NCBI GenBank assembly: GCA_964035545.1
Contig: OZ037766.1
Location: 17,323,081-17,387,080, forward strand
Reading direction: 5' to 3'
DNA from: Bugula neritina
Taxonomy: Eukaryota; Animalia; Bryozoa
DNA: 64,000 nucleotides
Shown: one piece after another, positions 30,728 through 44,349 of the stretch
How the letters are laid out: the number at the start of each line of letters is the position of its first letter
Position numbering within the stretch: position 1 is the first letter of the stretch
The notes under the pieces: model-generated
Told to the model about the DNA's origin: nothing
Databases searched by the model: none
Seen by the model: only the letters and a program-made list of their open reading frames with translations
Made by a program: the position numbers and the translations under genes

Positions 30728-33069
30728 TGGTGTAGTTGCAAGATTTCTATAGCCTTTTGTTAAAATTCAAATGCAAAATAAAAAGTATTGTATTTGTATT
30801 CATTGAATATTAAATATATGCATACACACTTGAAAGCTATGTAAATGTGAGAGCTTGGAGTTTATATCTAGTAGTGAGTTCTATTGATTCACTATTGATT
30901 AACCTATATTATATGTATCCAAAAGCTTGGACTGAAAGCTTATATTCCTGAAATAACTAGTGAATAAAGAAGCAATAAACGAAATTCGCTCAGTAGAGGC
31001 AGGTGCAAAAATGTCGTTTTTTAAATCACATGATAAGAAGGTATCTGACTTTGAAAGCAAGCAATCAGAATTCAACTCCAAACTCCTAAATCATAGACAC
31101 AATTTTTCAGTAAAAGAGCTAATAATATATTTGAATGATTAAAAGAGTATCAACTAATAATCTTACACTATTAAAGAAAAAAGTCACATTGAAATGTAGT
31201 TAGTGCATATAAATAACATAAAGTCCAGTGTAGTACTAAGAGTGGAACTGCACACTGAAAAGACTAGACCGCTAGTAGTAATCGCACCTAGGCTAGTTAC
31301 CAACACCTGGATGATTGATGATAAATCATGCCTTTACAGTTTACACCAAGCTAGTCAACTTCCTGTCATGCATGGTCCAAACTGGTCCAATGCCAAACGC
31401 ACAAAATGGCACACATGCAAGATGGCTGCATTCATACTAATCAATTCTATAGAGTCGTTTGATTAGCCTACTTTAGCTAATATCAACAACCAATAAAAAG
31501 GAGGAAAAAGAGCGGCAATGAAACAATGGAGATGGACATGCTTCAAACAAAAAGGCGTTCTCTGTAACGCTATACTAAAGACAGTAGAAAAACAGACTTA
31601 ATATAAAATTATTTCCCTTTATCTTGGCCTAATTTTTAAACTATAGGTTATTATAGAAAACAAATGGCTAACATGGTTGACTCAAGATAACTAATATAAT
31701 ATAAACGAACCTGCAACTGAACATGAGCTAAGACTCAATAAAAAACTAACTGGAACAAAACGTGAGTAAGAGGAAAAGCAGATGTAATTAGGGCGTGTAC
31801 CGTTCAAGTGTCAAGGAACAAGACGAATAACTTAGATTTATTCTTACTAAAAATAACCAATAGATTTGCTCAATGAAGTATGCTGAATCTAGACTGAATA
31901 AAATTACTGCGCTATCAACTCTTCATAGAATGTTACTACTACGCTATTAGTACTGGATAGTGATTTCAAAAGAACACAGTATCTTAAAAGAAGCCAATAT
32001 GGTTGACATAATATATGAGCAGCATCCAGTGCCTTGGCATATAATAGGCTGATGTTACCTGAAATATATTCAGTAAAAGCTAGTTTTCTTAAAATAAAGA
32101 TAACATGTGACCAAAACCTTATGCTAAACCATGTAGTACCTATTTTAGGACTAACTTAAATGAGAAATTTAAAGTTGGTCTTCTTATCATAATTTTGTTG
32201 AATAGAAAAAAGCAAAGCATGTTCAAGTTACCTAGGTACTTGGTGTTGCTCACTTTTACGTGAGGATACGGACAAATAAGATGATGCTATCACTAAATTT
32301 ACAGTTACTAACCTGGCAGAGTCACAACACGGACTTTTCCCAAAGTAAGTTACACTAAAGCTGGAGACCAAAACTTCCAATGGTCTAGAAATGCAACTCT
32401 TTTGTAGCCAAAATATTGAGCCTAAAACAACAGTGAATGAATGGAAATATGTGAAAATGGTCAATACCATCACAATGTAAAAGAGCTCTGTGATAAACTC
32501 AAAACAACCATTCATTGAATTTGTTGTTTTACTGTGTGTAGAACAACAAAGAAAAAAAAAAAGAAAGAAAAGAACACAATTCTTTTAAATGAGACATTTA
32601 CACACGCTGAGTAAAAATTGCCAACACTCACCTATTTGCACATGGATTCAACCACTCACCAGTACACTATATACTTCAAACATCAGGCTACATTGATGGA
32701 GCTAACTTTATAATATTATCATGTCTTGAGTGAATGTAAACCAATAAAACTTTTAGTCGTGATATTGATAAGGGGAGAGTAACTTAGATACGAAGTAAAT
32801 ATTAGCACAGCCCACCAGCACTACGCATACCTGCTAACATCATCTCCAAATAAAATACTACTATCAAGTTTATTTGATATTTAGCATACAATCAACACTT
32901 AGAAATAGTACGAACTACTATTTTACAAGAACCATATTATGAAGCCATTTAAAGCCATTAACAATTACAATAGAACAGGGTTTGCCATGCAAAAACAAAG
33001 GTTAGAGTAAATAAATGATCTATTAGTAATTTAAGCTTGCAACTAAAGAACAAAAGTTTTACACTATGC

Positions 33070-36000
33070 CTACTTATTTTTGGATTGAAAGATCCAAACG
33101 CAGGGAGCCAGTTTAATATCAATGAAGGGGTAACGTTTAGACAATTGTGTGCCTTTAAAGCACATTTCTGTGTGTACATATTTATAAGTAGTGGAATATT
33201 TAGCAACAATTGTTTGGGTTTCATGTTCATCAGGTGTGCCCACTAGCAGATGCGTGTATGCCCTCTCTTCTATTTTTGCTGCTACTATTTCTGGATCCTC
33301 AGTCTTGTCATATCTAAAAGTTGTAAATTGTATTGTACCGCAGGTTTGGGGGGGGGGGGGAAACATGTAAACATATTTTAGTCATATTATGCATATTTAA
33401 AGAGATCATACAAAACCCATCTGGCTTACATGTAAAAATACTCATGCTAGTAATTTCATTAGGATTTAATAAATTTCAATATTGGCTGGCACTATTTTCA
33501 ATGCAATAACTTGTATGAATATTTTAAATTACGGGTTATTGCATTTTAACAATGCAGCTAGAATACAATATAATTACTTAGAATTGTAATTGTTTGCATT
33601 CATTAAACATCTTTAACACTAAACAAAAAAAGAAGGCAACTTTACAAATTTTCGCAAATGTTTATTAATGTTGGCTATTATAGTAGTTGCGGATTCTTTT
33701 ATAGTTAGAACTTGCTGGCAAATGTTACTGAATCAAGTTAATTTGCAAGTTGAATAGCCCTAGACAATTTTCTTTTGAAAGAATATTTGCTGCTCAGGCT
33801 ACAATATTTTCGCATTACAAATAAAGCAACATTTTAAAGAATGACTGATAAACTAACACCTGTGACGAAAGCATAGTTTATGATTGACCCCGAGTGATGG
33901 ATATACCTGAGCAGCTCCACAGACCAATGTGTGCAAGAAATCTGAAGGTACTCTTAACATACAAGTTAGAGTATAGCCAGTGACTATGCAGAAAGCCAGG
34001 AAAAGGCTACTAAAGGCCTGGCCTCACGATCGTGAGAATCACACGAAATCGCGTGACGATTTTCGTGAGTTATCCTCTTGTTTTGACCAGCCACACACTC
34101 GTCGGACGAAACACATAATAAATAGTCCGTGAATGAGTCTTGCACGAGGTACAAACAGCAGAAAATTGTCAAATAGAGAAACGTGGTAGAAAGGAAATAA
34201 TTACTGTTGCTAAAATTCTATTGATCAATCAAATGGTACTTGTCGTCGATTGTGATTTTTTGTCCATCGTCATCGTTGTGTACACCCAACGATGACAATT
34301 TCGTTTGAATTCCCTCAAATTTTCTCGTACAAATAATTTTTCGTGTGATTCTCACGATCGTATGGCCAGGCCTTAAGTTAGCTTACTGAAAATTCTCTGC
34401 CACTTTTATTACTGTGAAAAGTCAGGGTTTTTTTATGTTGAAGTCCAAAACTAACAATCATTTTACCAATGAAAAAAATATTTAACAATTTTCTCCCTTG
34501 TGTTTACACTCAAAAGCATTAAACAATTTTAATACATGCATTCAAAACCTTGGCAAAGGGTTTACTAGTAAAGCAGCATTTAATTGTCATCAATCGCTCA
34601 TGTATGAAAACTACTGAGAGGCTGAGATGGTAACCCTGTATAGAGAAGAATATTATTGCAGTGGCAACATGTTCAATAGTACAGGGCATTGTTGGGCAAG
34701 GTGTGCTAGAGTGACCATCAGGACATTTGAATGTTGCCTTTAACACAACTTTCAGCTGTTGAATCTACTGGGTAACAATAAAAAAATGAAAATCTCAAAG
34801 TATATTCTTAAACCTTAAATAAAATTTCTTTATCAAGTCCAACAATTCAAAATGGGAATTTATAACAGTAGGTGAAAGACTATACCTATGCAGATGAGCA
34901 GCTATAGTTTTTAAAGTAAAATAAAAAACGCATATGCTATTATTTACACCCCTTTCAAACATCTAGTTTTCATGGTACAAAAAGGAATATAAAAGAAAAT
35001 TAAGGGAACAACTCCTAACTGACTGTACACTGTACTAATTTGGATCACAATGTTGTCAAGAAGTATTATAACCAAATATTGCACAAGAATGTGAACATAA
35101 TCTAATTTAAGAAACATTACTGGACTAGTGAAGTGAGCAAACATTTTGTTAGACTTACAGAACCCATTAATTCATTCACACCTATTGCACAAGAAAGCAA
35201 GCGGAAATTGTTTTTCTTTGCTCAACTTCATGTGAGTGATTGAATTAAGTTATAAATTAGCAGTATTTTGAAGAGTAAAGATTTAGCTAAGCTGATTTAA
35301 CATACTACATTAATATATCAATACCAATAACATACTTCAACAAAAAGTGATGTTATCATTTGTATGTTGGTCCTAGATTGATGAGATACCTGCGACATGT
35401 TTCATAGGAATTTCTAGAATTTTACAAAAACACCAATGTAATCAAAACATGATGAGCAGTTACTGTCATATCCCAATAATTGTACATACAGAATCAGAGA
35501 ACTTTATAGTTACATGAATTACTTACTTCCAGTGATCATGTTCATGTAGAAACCTCGAGACACCAGTCTGTGCTGAGTAGGTATCTATATGTACATTGAC
35601 GTCTGCAACACACCAAACAACACGTCTTTCAGAAATAACATCCAACCATGTTACTGCAGAATACTTAATAAATAACTCTGTAATCAACATTTTCTGAAAT
35701 GTATGTACTAAGTCTGAGTAGATTAAAGATGATTACTGTAGTAACTAGAGCAGTGGTTCCCAACCTTTTTCATACCATTTCCCCCTTTTATAAATGTTGA
35801 CTATTAATTTCCCCCTTCTTGAAAGGTGAAAACTTTTTGTGACTGACATAATGATGATATAGGATATAATGCAATATATTTTGTTCTATTATATTTGATT
35901 ATAATATAATTATCATAATGGTGATGATATCGTTACTATTATGTTATGCATGTATAAAACATGGAACTGCTCAATAATTAATGTTATGGCTGCAGCTGAT

Positions 36001-39000
36001 GCTTTTGTACCAGCTGGCTCAAGTCTGCCTCTGTTTTTGACCAGGCTCAACTTAAACTACTCTGCAGGTTAGGGCAGTTTTTCTTCTCTCCGAATCGATG
36101 AGAATCCTATCTCACAGAGATAGGTGGTGCTGAATGGCACCAAAACTCTGCCTTGTCAGCTATGTGTATGGAGAGTTTGCTTGTTAAAACCCAGAATGAT
36201 TTTAAGTAAAACTGGCACAACTGAAAAGGTAGGTTAGAATGGCTTACTGATGCTAAATTTTCCCAAACTCAAACCCTCCACCTCCAATCGTTAAACCTCA
36301 AATTCCTACCCCAAACTCAAAACCAAACCCCCCTCAAATACAGACCCAAAGTCATCACCTCAAACCCCACCATGAAACTCCGACCCCCAGTATTGAAAAT
36401 GCGCCACCTTTACCTACTTTACCGTTTGTGCCATTATTACCTGTGCCATTTTTACCGGACACCACCCACAATACACCAATAGGAGAGGATTTCAAATCAT
36501 CCTTCATTGCTGAATTGTGAACCAACTTAATAAAATTCTCTTGTAATTCCACTGGAATCTTTTCAACAGAGTATTGCAATGGGTCAAGCTAAAAATCTAG
36601 CTCTTCTTTTTTGAGAGGTAGCTCAGGGAAATACTGTTAAAACTCCATTAGGAGTTTAGATAGATGCCCAGAAGCTTTTTGAAAACATTGTGACAGTAAA
36701 AATGTCACATGCAGCTAGTAATGGCACAAATAGAAAATTAGGTTAAAATGGTACATTTTCAATATTAGGGTTGAATTGGAGTTTTGGATTTGGGAATATT
36801 TAACACCAGTGTGCCATTTTTACCTACTTTTCCATTTGTGCCATTTTTACCTGAAATCGGAACATATTTTTCTTCTACAATATTTTTGATAGACGCCACA
36901 ACTTTAGTGTAACTTTGAAAACATTGATGCTGCTATGAAAAGCAATGGTATGATGATTGCACTTCTGCATTTTTAGGTTCAGATCATTTAGTGTAGCAAA
37001 TATATTTACTAGGTATGCAGTATACAGTTCATAAAGATTGGCTTGCATGGCTGCTAAAAGTTGGCCTGTTGGCTTTTGCAAATTTTTTGACCTCCATTGG
37101 AAGTAGCACAGAGAGAAGTTAGGTAGAGTGATTAATAAACACATTCATGTAGAAGCAGACTGAGATTGCAGAATATGATTTGGTTAAATAGATGAAGGCA
37201 TTTATAGATAACCATATACATGTAACTTGCAAGAGCTCAAAAAGTTTTCAACAAACTGCAGGATTTTTTTAAAGTCCAAACTCCCCCCTACAATGCCTAA
37301 ATTCCCCGGGGGAATTTAGGCATTTTAGGGGGGGAATTGTCAAGATGTTATATAAGAATATAATGAAGTTGCCTTCTCTGCACTTACACTGATGACTTGG
37401 TAGTTGAGTATTCAGGTGACTTAGAGCACATCCACCAGGATAGTTATAATATGAGACTCTGGTTAGGAAAGCAGTGAGAGCTATGTTGATGACAAGGTGG
37501 CCAAATACTCCCAAAGACAACAATGACCGCACACTGCTTTTACTGCGATTATTCCATCTATACAAATATCATATATACATAACAGTATGGCTTATAACGT
37601 GTATGGTGACATAGATACATGTAGTTTGTAATTACTGCTACTCAACACTCCTGGTGTATTAAAATTGTAAATCTTCTGTATTGTGCTTTATCTTTCAAGT
37701 CACACTGTTGTTAATATCTAAATTAACTCTGCTTCACAATATATTATGTTGCTGTGTGAACATTTTGACAAAGCTCAATACAACATAGCTTACTGAGAGT
37801 GGTATATTAACAAAGCACGTGACTCACTATTATAGCTGGGCATATTGAGAGTTATTTATACCTATTAGAGGGCACATAACTCTAATATTGAAAACTGGAG
37901 TTCAGAAGTGTTCATAATAAATTGATAAAAATAATATATACACTGTATATCTTCCAACACACTCTGTAACATACTGTATAAACAGCATACTGTATAAACA
38001 GCATACTGTATAACATACTGTATTATAACACACTGTACACACATACTGCATAGATAACACGCTGTATAAAAAAACATACTGTATAACTAACATACTGTAC
38101 AATATACTGTATAACTAACATACTGTATAATATACTGTATAACTAACATACTGTACAATATACTGTATAACTAACATACTGTACAATATACTGTATAACT
38201 AACATACTGTACAATATACTGTATAACTAACATACTGTATAATATACTGTATAACTAACATACTGTACAATATACTGTATAACTAACATACTGTATAACA
38301 TACTGTATAACTAATATACTGTATAACATACTGTATAACTAACATACTGTATAACATATTGTATAACTAACATACTGTACAATATACTGTATAACTAACA
38401 TACTGTATAACATACTGTATAACTAACATACTGTACAATATACTGTATAAACAACTTACATGGCAGAACAAGCTCTTGCAGCTGACACGTTTAGTAGAGG
38501 AACCACGTAAAGGATAAACCGCAATTCTTTGTGGGGAAGTAAAGAATAGAGGAAGACAAATCCGAAAGCAGGAGCACAAAGGGACAAGCATCTACTATCT
38601 ATAGTTAAACCCTGCAAAACTAGGATTAAACTTGACCCCAAAGCTCGAGGGAGAGCAGAGGTAAAATACCACCAGAATGGAGATGTCTATGAAAATGTTA
38701 AGAAAGCAACGCTTTACGTTCTCATATACATTCCTTCCAAAGTTCAACAACACAGTTTTAATACACAAACAGAAAAAGGGAACACAGATCTATGATGAAA
38801 ATTATAACTTTCAATACTAAAATCAACATTGGTTAAAAAGAACATATATTGCTATCGGTGCTGGTTAAGTATTGACTGTGAGAAATAACTCAACTATAAC
38901 ACCTTTTAGGATACACCCCATTCAGAGCTTTTATTGAGGATGGCATTGAAATGAAAAGCTTCTCCTTCAGGCCACACCCACCGCTGCCAGTAGTAAGAGT

Positions 39001-41967
39001 CTATCAACACTGTGCTGCCTACAATATAAAATCAGATTTTCAATACTGTGTAACACAGTGACAATGTCACAAGTGCATTTTTCAGCTGCTAAAAGCTAAA
39101 TTCAACATTTAGAATTGATGGCATATAGGAAATAAACAGTAGCATCAAAAATAAATCATCCAAAACAAAACAAACTGAGAAAAGAGATATAAAAGCAGGT
39201 AAAATTATTGAATAATGAAATTATGATCAAAAGAAGAACTATTTTGAGACACAAATGAACCCCAAGAAGAACATAGAAGAGGCTACTGAAGCCAAGGTAG
39301 AGCCTGAAGTTAACAGAGAAACATGAAAGAACTTCAACAAAGCTTTACAGGGTGTATACAATGAATCGGTCAGGAACAGATCTCATGCTATCTGGGAGAG
39401 AGTGAGCAGCAGACAAATATTCAAGGTGTGGCAAAATATAGATAAAGTAAGTCTGACAAAATTCCAGTTTTGTTATGGCAACGAAATTGGCATCAACAAG
39501 AGCAGAAAAAAGAAAAGCAGTAAAAAAGAATCAAAATACCTATAACCACATTATGAAATAAGAAGATTTTGATACAAAAATAAATGTACCTTTATTGTAA
39601 GAGAATATATAATTATACAGCAATATACTTTACTTGAATTAACACAGGTGTGTACACCACAGATATATTGAATGTCTGAAGACTCACCTAAACTAACAAA
39701 GCCTGTTACTGGTATCCATAAGAGTAATTGAGGGAACTTGACGTGACCCTTTGCAAGGGAGAGCAGAAGCATGAGCCCAAAGAGTATGGCCAACTCGCAC
39801 CGGAATACTATAATGGAGAAGCCAGCCAAGAACACGAATACTCTAAGGTTGTTTCTCATCCAGTAGCTGCTGGCCAGAAGTACTAAACAGAACAAGGTGT
39901 GTTTGTAATTTGTATTATTATTTGGAGTTATCAATACATTACTGTATTATTATTCGTAGTTGTCAATACTTTGCTTCTAGTATATGGATATAGGTTCTCA
40001 AGTTTTATCATTTGTAAATCACTTCTTGAAGACCTGACAGAATAAAGGCAGTTAGTCGCTCGTTGTAAAAGTTCCAAGTTTTTATTTTACTGAAAGTATA
40101 ATAATAATCGACTAATCAGCTAGCATTAGTTTCAAACAACATAACAAGAAAGTGATTAGTGAGGAGTTTTATTGAATTAAATATGATGGTATCTTATAAA
40201 TTAAAGTTGGGTCAATTAACAAACTGATCGAATATCAGAAGTAAATATTGTATTGACATTCAAATCTCCAAATACATTTCATCTGTTTTTAAAATAAAGC
40301 AACTCATATTACTTACCAAATATGTTGGCAAAGGAGTTAGGGAGAGGTCTGGAAGCATAGAAAAGGAAGTGAAACTGAGTGGCAAGAATAAGACAACTCC
40401 ACGTGGCTACACTTGCTCCGAATACTCTTCTCACAGTGATAGTGAAATGAAGATAAGATGACATAACTAGCCCTGCTAGTACCCCTCTCACTACAATGCA
40501 CCGGCACCACTATCAGCCCTTTGTGTATGCACAACATTAAGGCTAACAGACTGCGTTTAGATAACAGATTGAGAAAATTTGTTAATTAAAATTCTGCACT
40601 TGCATAGTAAAAGATTTACTGAAAAATTAAAAATCCCAACTTCAAATTGTTACAAAGCATAACAATAAATGACTTGTATTCACACTGGTATGAGTGAGTG
40701 CATCTAAATATATTTACTACAGTGTCAAGATAGTAACCTACAGTATGGCACGTGTTCATCTCAATGAAAGAGCACAACCAAAAGTAGATGCGGTACAAAT
40801 GATATTGACAGGAAATAGTTTTCATACCCTAACCTGCATACTGAAGGTAAAGTTTGGTCGTTTGGCTAAACAGCAATTGAAATGGAAAAGAAACATATCC
40901 CACAAGCATACTGCCAATGAACGTCCTGGGAACTGGACCAGGAAATTGTACGTGGTCAAACTACAAGCACAGAACCAACAGTTTTTTGAAACAACCAATA
41001 TACAATCAAAGATGAGAACTAATTGCCACAGAAAACAATTGTTATGAAGAGCTGTTACATTCCATGATGATTGACAATATTCAATGGGAATGAGTAGATA
41101 ACAAGACCAAACTAGTTTGATTTACACCTGTAACAAAAAAGTAAAGCTTAAGGAAAAATAAATCATGCATTGATTATTCAATAAGTCTACACAGAAAAAC
41201 GCAATAACTAAAAATAACTCCATTTGTATTCATTTAGATTTATGAATAATCAAGATTAGGAGTAACGAAATAGCAGCACATGACTCATCTGTAAGGCATA
41301 TACTAGTAGAGTGTACCATAACCATGATAAATTATTTTTCTTCTTTCACCCCAATATTAAGAAAATTGTTCAGTTAAGGTTTGATTTCAGCCAAATATTT
41401 TGAGAGGTGAACAGCTATATATTGGGGAAGTTTGTTTAAAATATTGGAACTATTTTCTAATAAAGATTATTAAACAAAACTATATTATTCTATCAATACA
41501 TATATCTTTGAAAACAGTTTGCCTAAAAAACAAAGGTTAACACTAAAAACACACCTAATGCAAAAAAATTAAAAAGAGGTGTTAAGTATAGTTCAGTTTA
41601 ATGATACATTTTCTTTATCAGTTATTTTATAATTTCTGGTTCTGATCTTACCTAGACCAATTGAGAAGTGATAAAATAATTGATCAACTTCATCAAATAT
41701 TACTTGTAAAACTGGTGAATGATGACATGAAACAATGTGCGCGCTACTATTTTAAAGACAAATTACTGCTTGTGTGACTGGGCCTTTCAAAATAGTAACA
41801 GGGAAATAATATAAATATAATTTAGTATTCACCTGAGAAATGTTCAATTTGTGGTAGAGGTGATCATGAATTGCCTGCAAATTAAAACTTTCCTCAACTT
41901 TCGTATATGGGCACACTAATATATATAGGAGGGCCAGCAGCAAAACAACACCCCAGGCTAATGTCAT
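33070..41967 (-). CDS. ALG12: Dol-P-Man:Man7GlcNAc2-PP-Dol alpha-1,6-mannosyltransferase, ~483 aa
   Basis: Exons 41967-41833, 40960-40834, 40490-40317, 39882-39688, 39018-38915, 38686-38460, 37557-37388, 35602-35527, 33313-33070, all in phase. Motifs [73 protein letters not shown]. Confidence 0.96.
34014..34373. mobile_element. PIF/Harbinger-like MITE in ALG12 intron 8
   Basis: About 35-bp TIRs (AGGCCTGGCCtcACGATCGTGAGAATCACACGAAA) flanked by a TAA target duplication; non-coding. Confidence 0.85.
36198..36463. mobile_element. Mutator-like MITE nested in the hAT transposase, copy A
   Basis: Imperfect TIRs built from GTAAAAATGGCAC repeats; 9-bp TSD ACCCAGAAT/ACCCACAAT. Confidence 0.65.
36690..36858. 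mobile_element. Same MITE family, copy B, shorter and in opposite orientation
   Basis: Same GTAAAAATGGCAC/GTGCCATTTTTAC termini; the internal part is the reverse complement of part of copy A. Confidence 0.6.
37966..38452. repeat. Minisatellite with CATACTGTATAA(CTAA) core in ALG12 intron 6
   Basis: Alternating 12- and 16-bp units; it begins immediately inside the exon 6 donor. Confidence 0.95.
38687..38914 (-). other. U12-type (minor spliceosome) GT-AG intron, ALG12 intron 5
   Basis: Donor GTATCCTA; branch site TTTCTTAAC ending 10 nt before the 3' splice junction; short polypyrimidine tract. Confidence 0.8.
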
Positions 41968-42326
41968 TTTCAGAAAATTTCTTTTGCTGTAACAAAAAAC
42001 AGAATATAAATTCAGAATCGGATACTATTGACTTACACAACTTAACAAGTGTGATGGTGGTGTGACACACATTGGGTATTAACAGATGACTTAAATATTT
42101 TAAACGTCTAAATAATTATTGTCTAATTGTATACTCTTGAACTCTGCATGTTACTTCCAAACATAATCCTACAAACCAGATGAACAATCTTTGCATGCTT
42201 AAGTTCACTGATAGCTACTTAGTTGATAATGACAATTTCCAAAATAAAAACAACAAAGAGCTGCCACATGAGTATTTTTAAACTACACAAGAGGTTGTAG
42301 TAAGCAGCATTTCAATGGTATACATA

Positions 42327-43245
42327 CAGTCATTTGCAAAAGTTTAGGACCACCGTTGCTTGGTAATGCTAGTTACACCAATTAGGAGCCAAGTTATTAT
42401 TTTGTTGCTTGCTCTTTTATTTAGCATTCAAGCAATGATTGTTGAGTTTTTGTGTACTATGGGTATCAAGAAAAAGATATTTTGCCATGAAAAGTTCATT
42501 ATTTGATATGACCACCATTATTCTTTATCCCAGCATCCAAGCCCTTAGGCATACTCTCTAGAAGCGTTCTGCAGCATTCTTTGACATATCCTGAACCTAT
42601 GTTGTTTTGATGGCTACATTCAGTGGGGTTCAGGTTAGGGCGGTCTCCTGGCCAGTCGAGCGGAGTCACTTTGCTCACTGTTGATGTTTGTCAGATGATG
42701 TGAATTACTATCCTGCATAACCATTGTGCAATGGTAAACTCCCAAATTTAAATCCAATCTCTCCTCTAGCAATTTTAGGGTGTGTCTCAATTTATAGGTG
42801 CATTGTTTCATAAAAATAAGGTACAGCTGTACCCATCACCAATATAGCTCGTCTAATCATCTTGGCATGCTGATGTTTCCTGGTACCTCATAGTAGCCTG
42901 AAGAAGAGTTGATTTGCTATTGCTAAGTTTTGCTGCCAATTGTCTCTCTGAATGGCCTTCCTTTTAATGCTACAAGCTGAGTCATTTTTGTAGAAGGCAG
43001 TTAACATGTCTTTCTTATTTTTCAATTTTGCAGATGTTCCTTACCGAATTAACAAACAACATCTTACAGCAAAAAGCAAAGCGTTCTGTAAAACAGGATG
43101 TCTTGACACAATACCATGCATTATTAGCCAAGGGTGATAGTTTGATGGTTGTACATAAAGCAGATACCATCATATCAAGTAATGGAACACCATTATAAAA
43201 ACAATGTTATTTTGAAAGGCGGTCTTCAACTTTTGCAAATGACTG
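42327..43245 (-). mobile_element. Tc1/mariner transposon relic
   Basis: TIRs CAGTCATTTGCAAAAGTT with a TA duplication at both ends. Decayed transposase motifs MQD, DWPGDRPNLNPTE (from WPxxSPDLNPIE) and SMPK..IKNNGGHIKY. Confidence 0.9.
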
Positions 43246-43789
43246 TATATGAAGTTATTAGATGAGATTCTACTAAGATGACTGCTTTATTTTTTCAGTT
43301 TTTAAAAAACATTAAAATATTTGCTAACTTCAAAGGGAGATGTGGCATCATCGCCGCTAGCAGGGATACACAAATTAACTTTGTTAATGAGAATAATCTC
43401 GAATAAGAGCGCCATAAAACCTGCTTACGGTGAACTACTAAACTGAAATCAGTTAATCAACACTCTGCGAAGAGAAGAGAACCAACATTTATTTCTGCAT
43501 CCTCACAAACCTTTTACAACAGCTTTCTCCCTCAAACTTGAAACATTAGATATTTGAGGCTACTATGCCATAACACAAACACAGCTTAGCTATGTGCTAA
43601 AATCCATTACATTCAAGTCAAAACTTACAACTTAACTTAGATACACATCAAAAAACTTTATCCCACTATGAATATATGATCAACCAAAACAAAATTATGA
43701 ACATTACCAAGAGTATATCATGAATTTTTTGCTATAATGTCTGTTACCAGAGTGTTCTAATTTTTATGAGGTGAGTTAAGATTTGTTGA

Positions 43790-44006
43790 GGGAGCAGCTG
43801 TGGTCTAGAGGTTAGAGCGTTTGGCTTAGTAAACACGGAGTCATGGGTTCGCACACCAGTAAAGGCACTGGTGATGTTAAGAAGAGCACCCAGTCACAAT
43901 TGCTACAGCGCCCCTCTGAATAAATCCTTAACCTAATTTAACAAAAAGCCCTTTCCATCAGGGGTTTTCTCACAGGGAGGTGCCCATAAACTGCCGTAGG
44001 TTTTTA
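43790..44006 (+). mobile_element. tRNA-derived SINE, copy 2
   Basis: A and B boxes and shared body. 16-bp TSD AGTTAA(G/C)ATTTGTTGA at 43774-43789 and 44007-44022. Confidence 0.9.
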
Positions 44007-44349
44007 AGTTAACATTTGTTGATAATCATTGGTTTTTAATTAACTATAATACCAATAGGAATAACTATAAGTATAATAAACAATCACTCAACAGTTAATG
44101 ATGATCATAATTCAATGATGATAAATATAAGGGTAATAGGTATAACTAATAATCAATATAATATAAATAAATAATATTAAGTATTAATACTAGTATAAGT
44201 ATTATCATTACAATCACTATTAGTCTTACAATTGTTATTATTTATTACTATTACTATTACAGTAATACTATTAGCATTATAATTATTATAATTAATATTA
44301 TAACTATTATTATAATTAAATTGAATGATAAAATAATTAAATAATAAAC

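Larger units (their letters stand above)
35751..37150 (-). mobile_element. Degenerate hAT (Buster/Charlie-like) transposon in ALG12 intron 7
   Basis: Terminal CAGTGGTTCCCAACC at 35751. Broken transposase segments [34 protein letters not shown] and the dimerisation motif [13 protein letters not shown]. The far end is uncertain. Confidence 0.8.
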
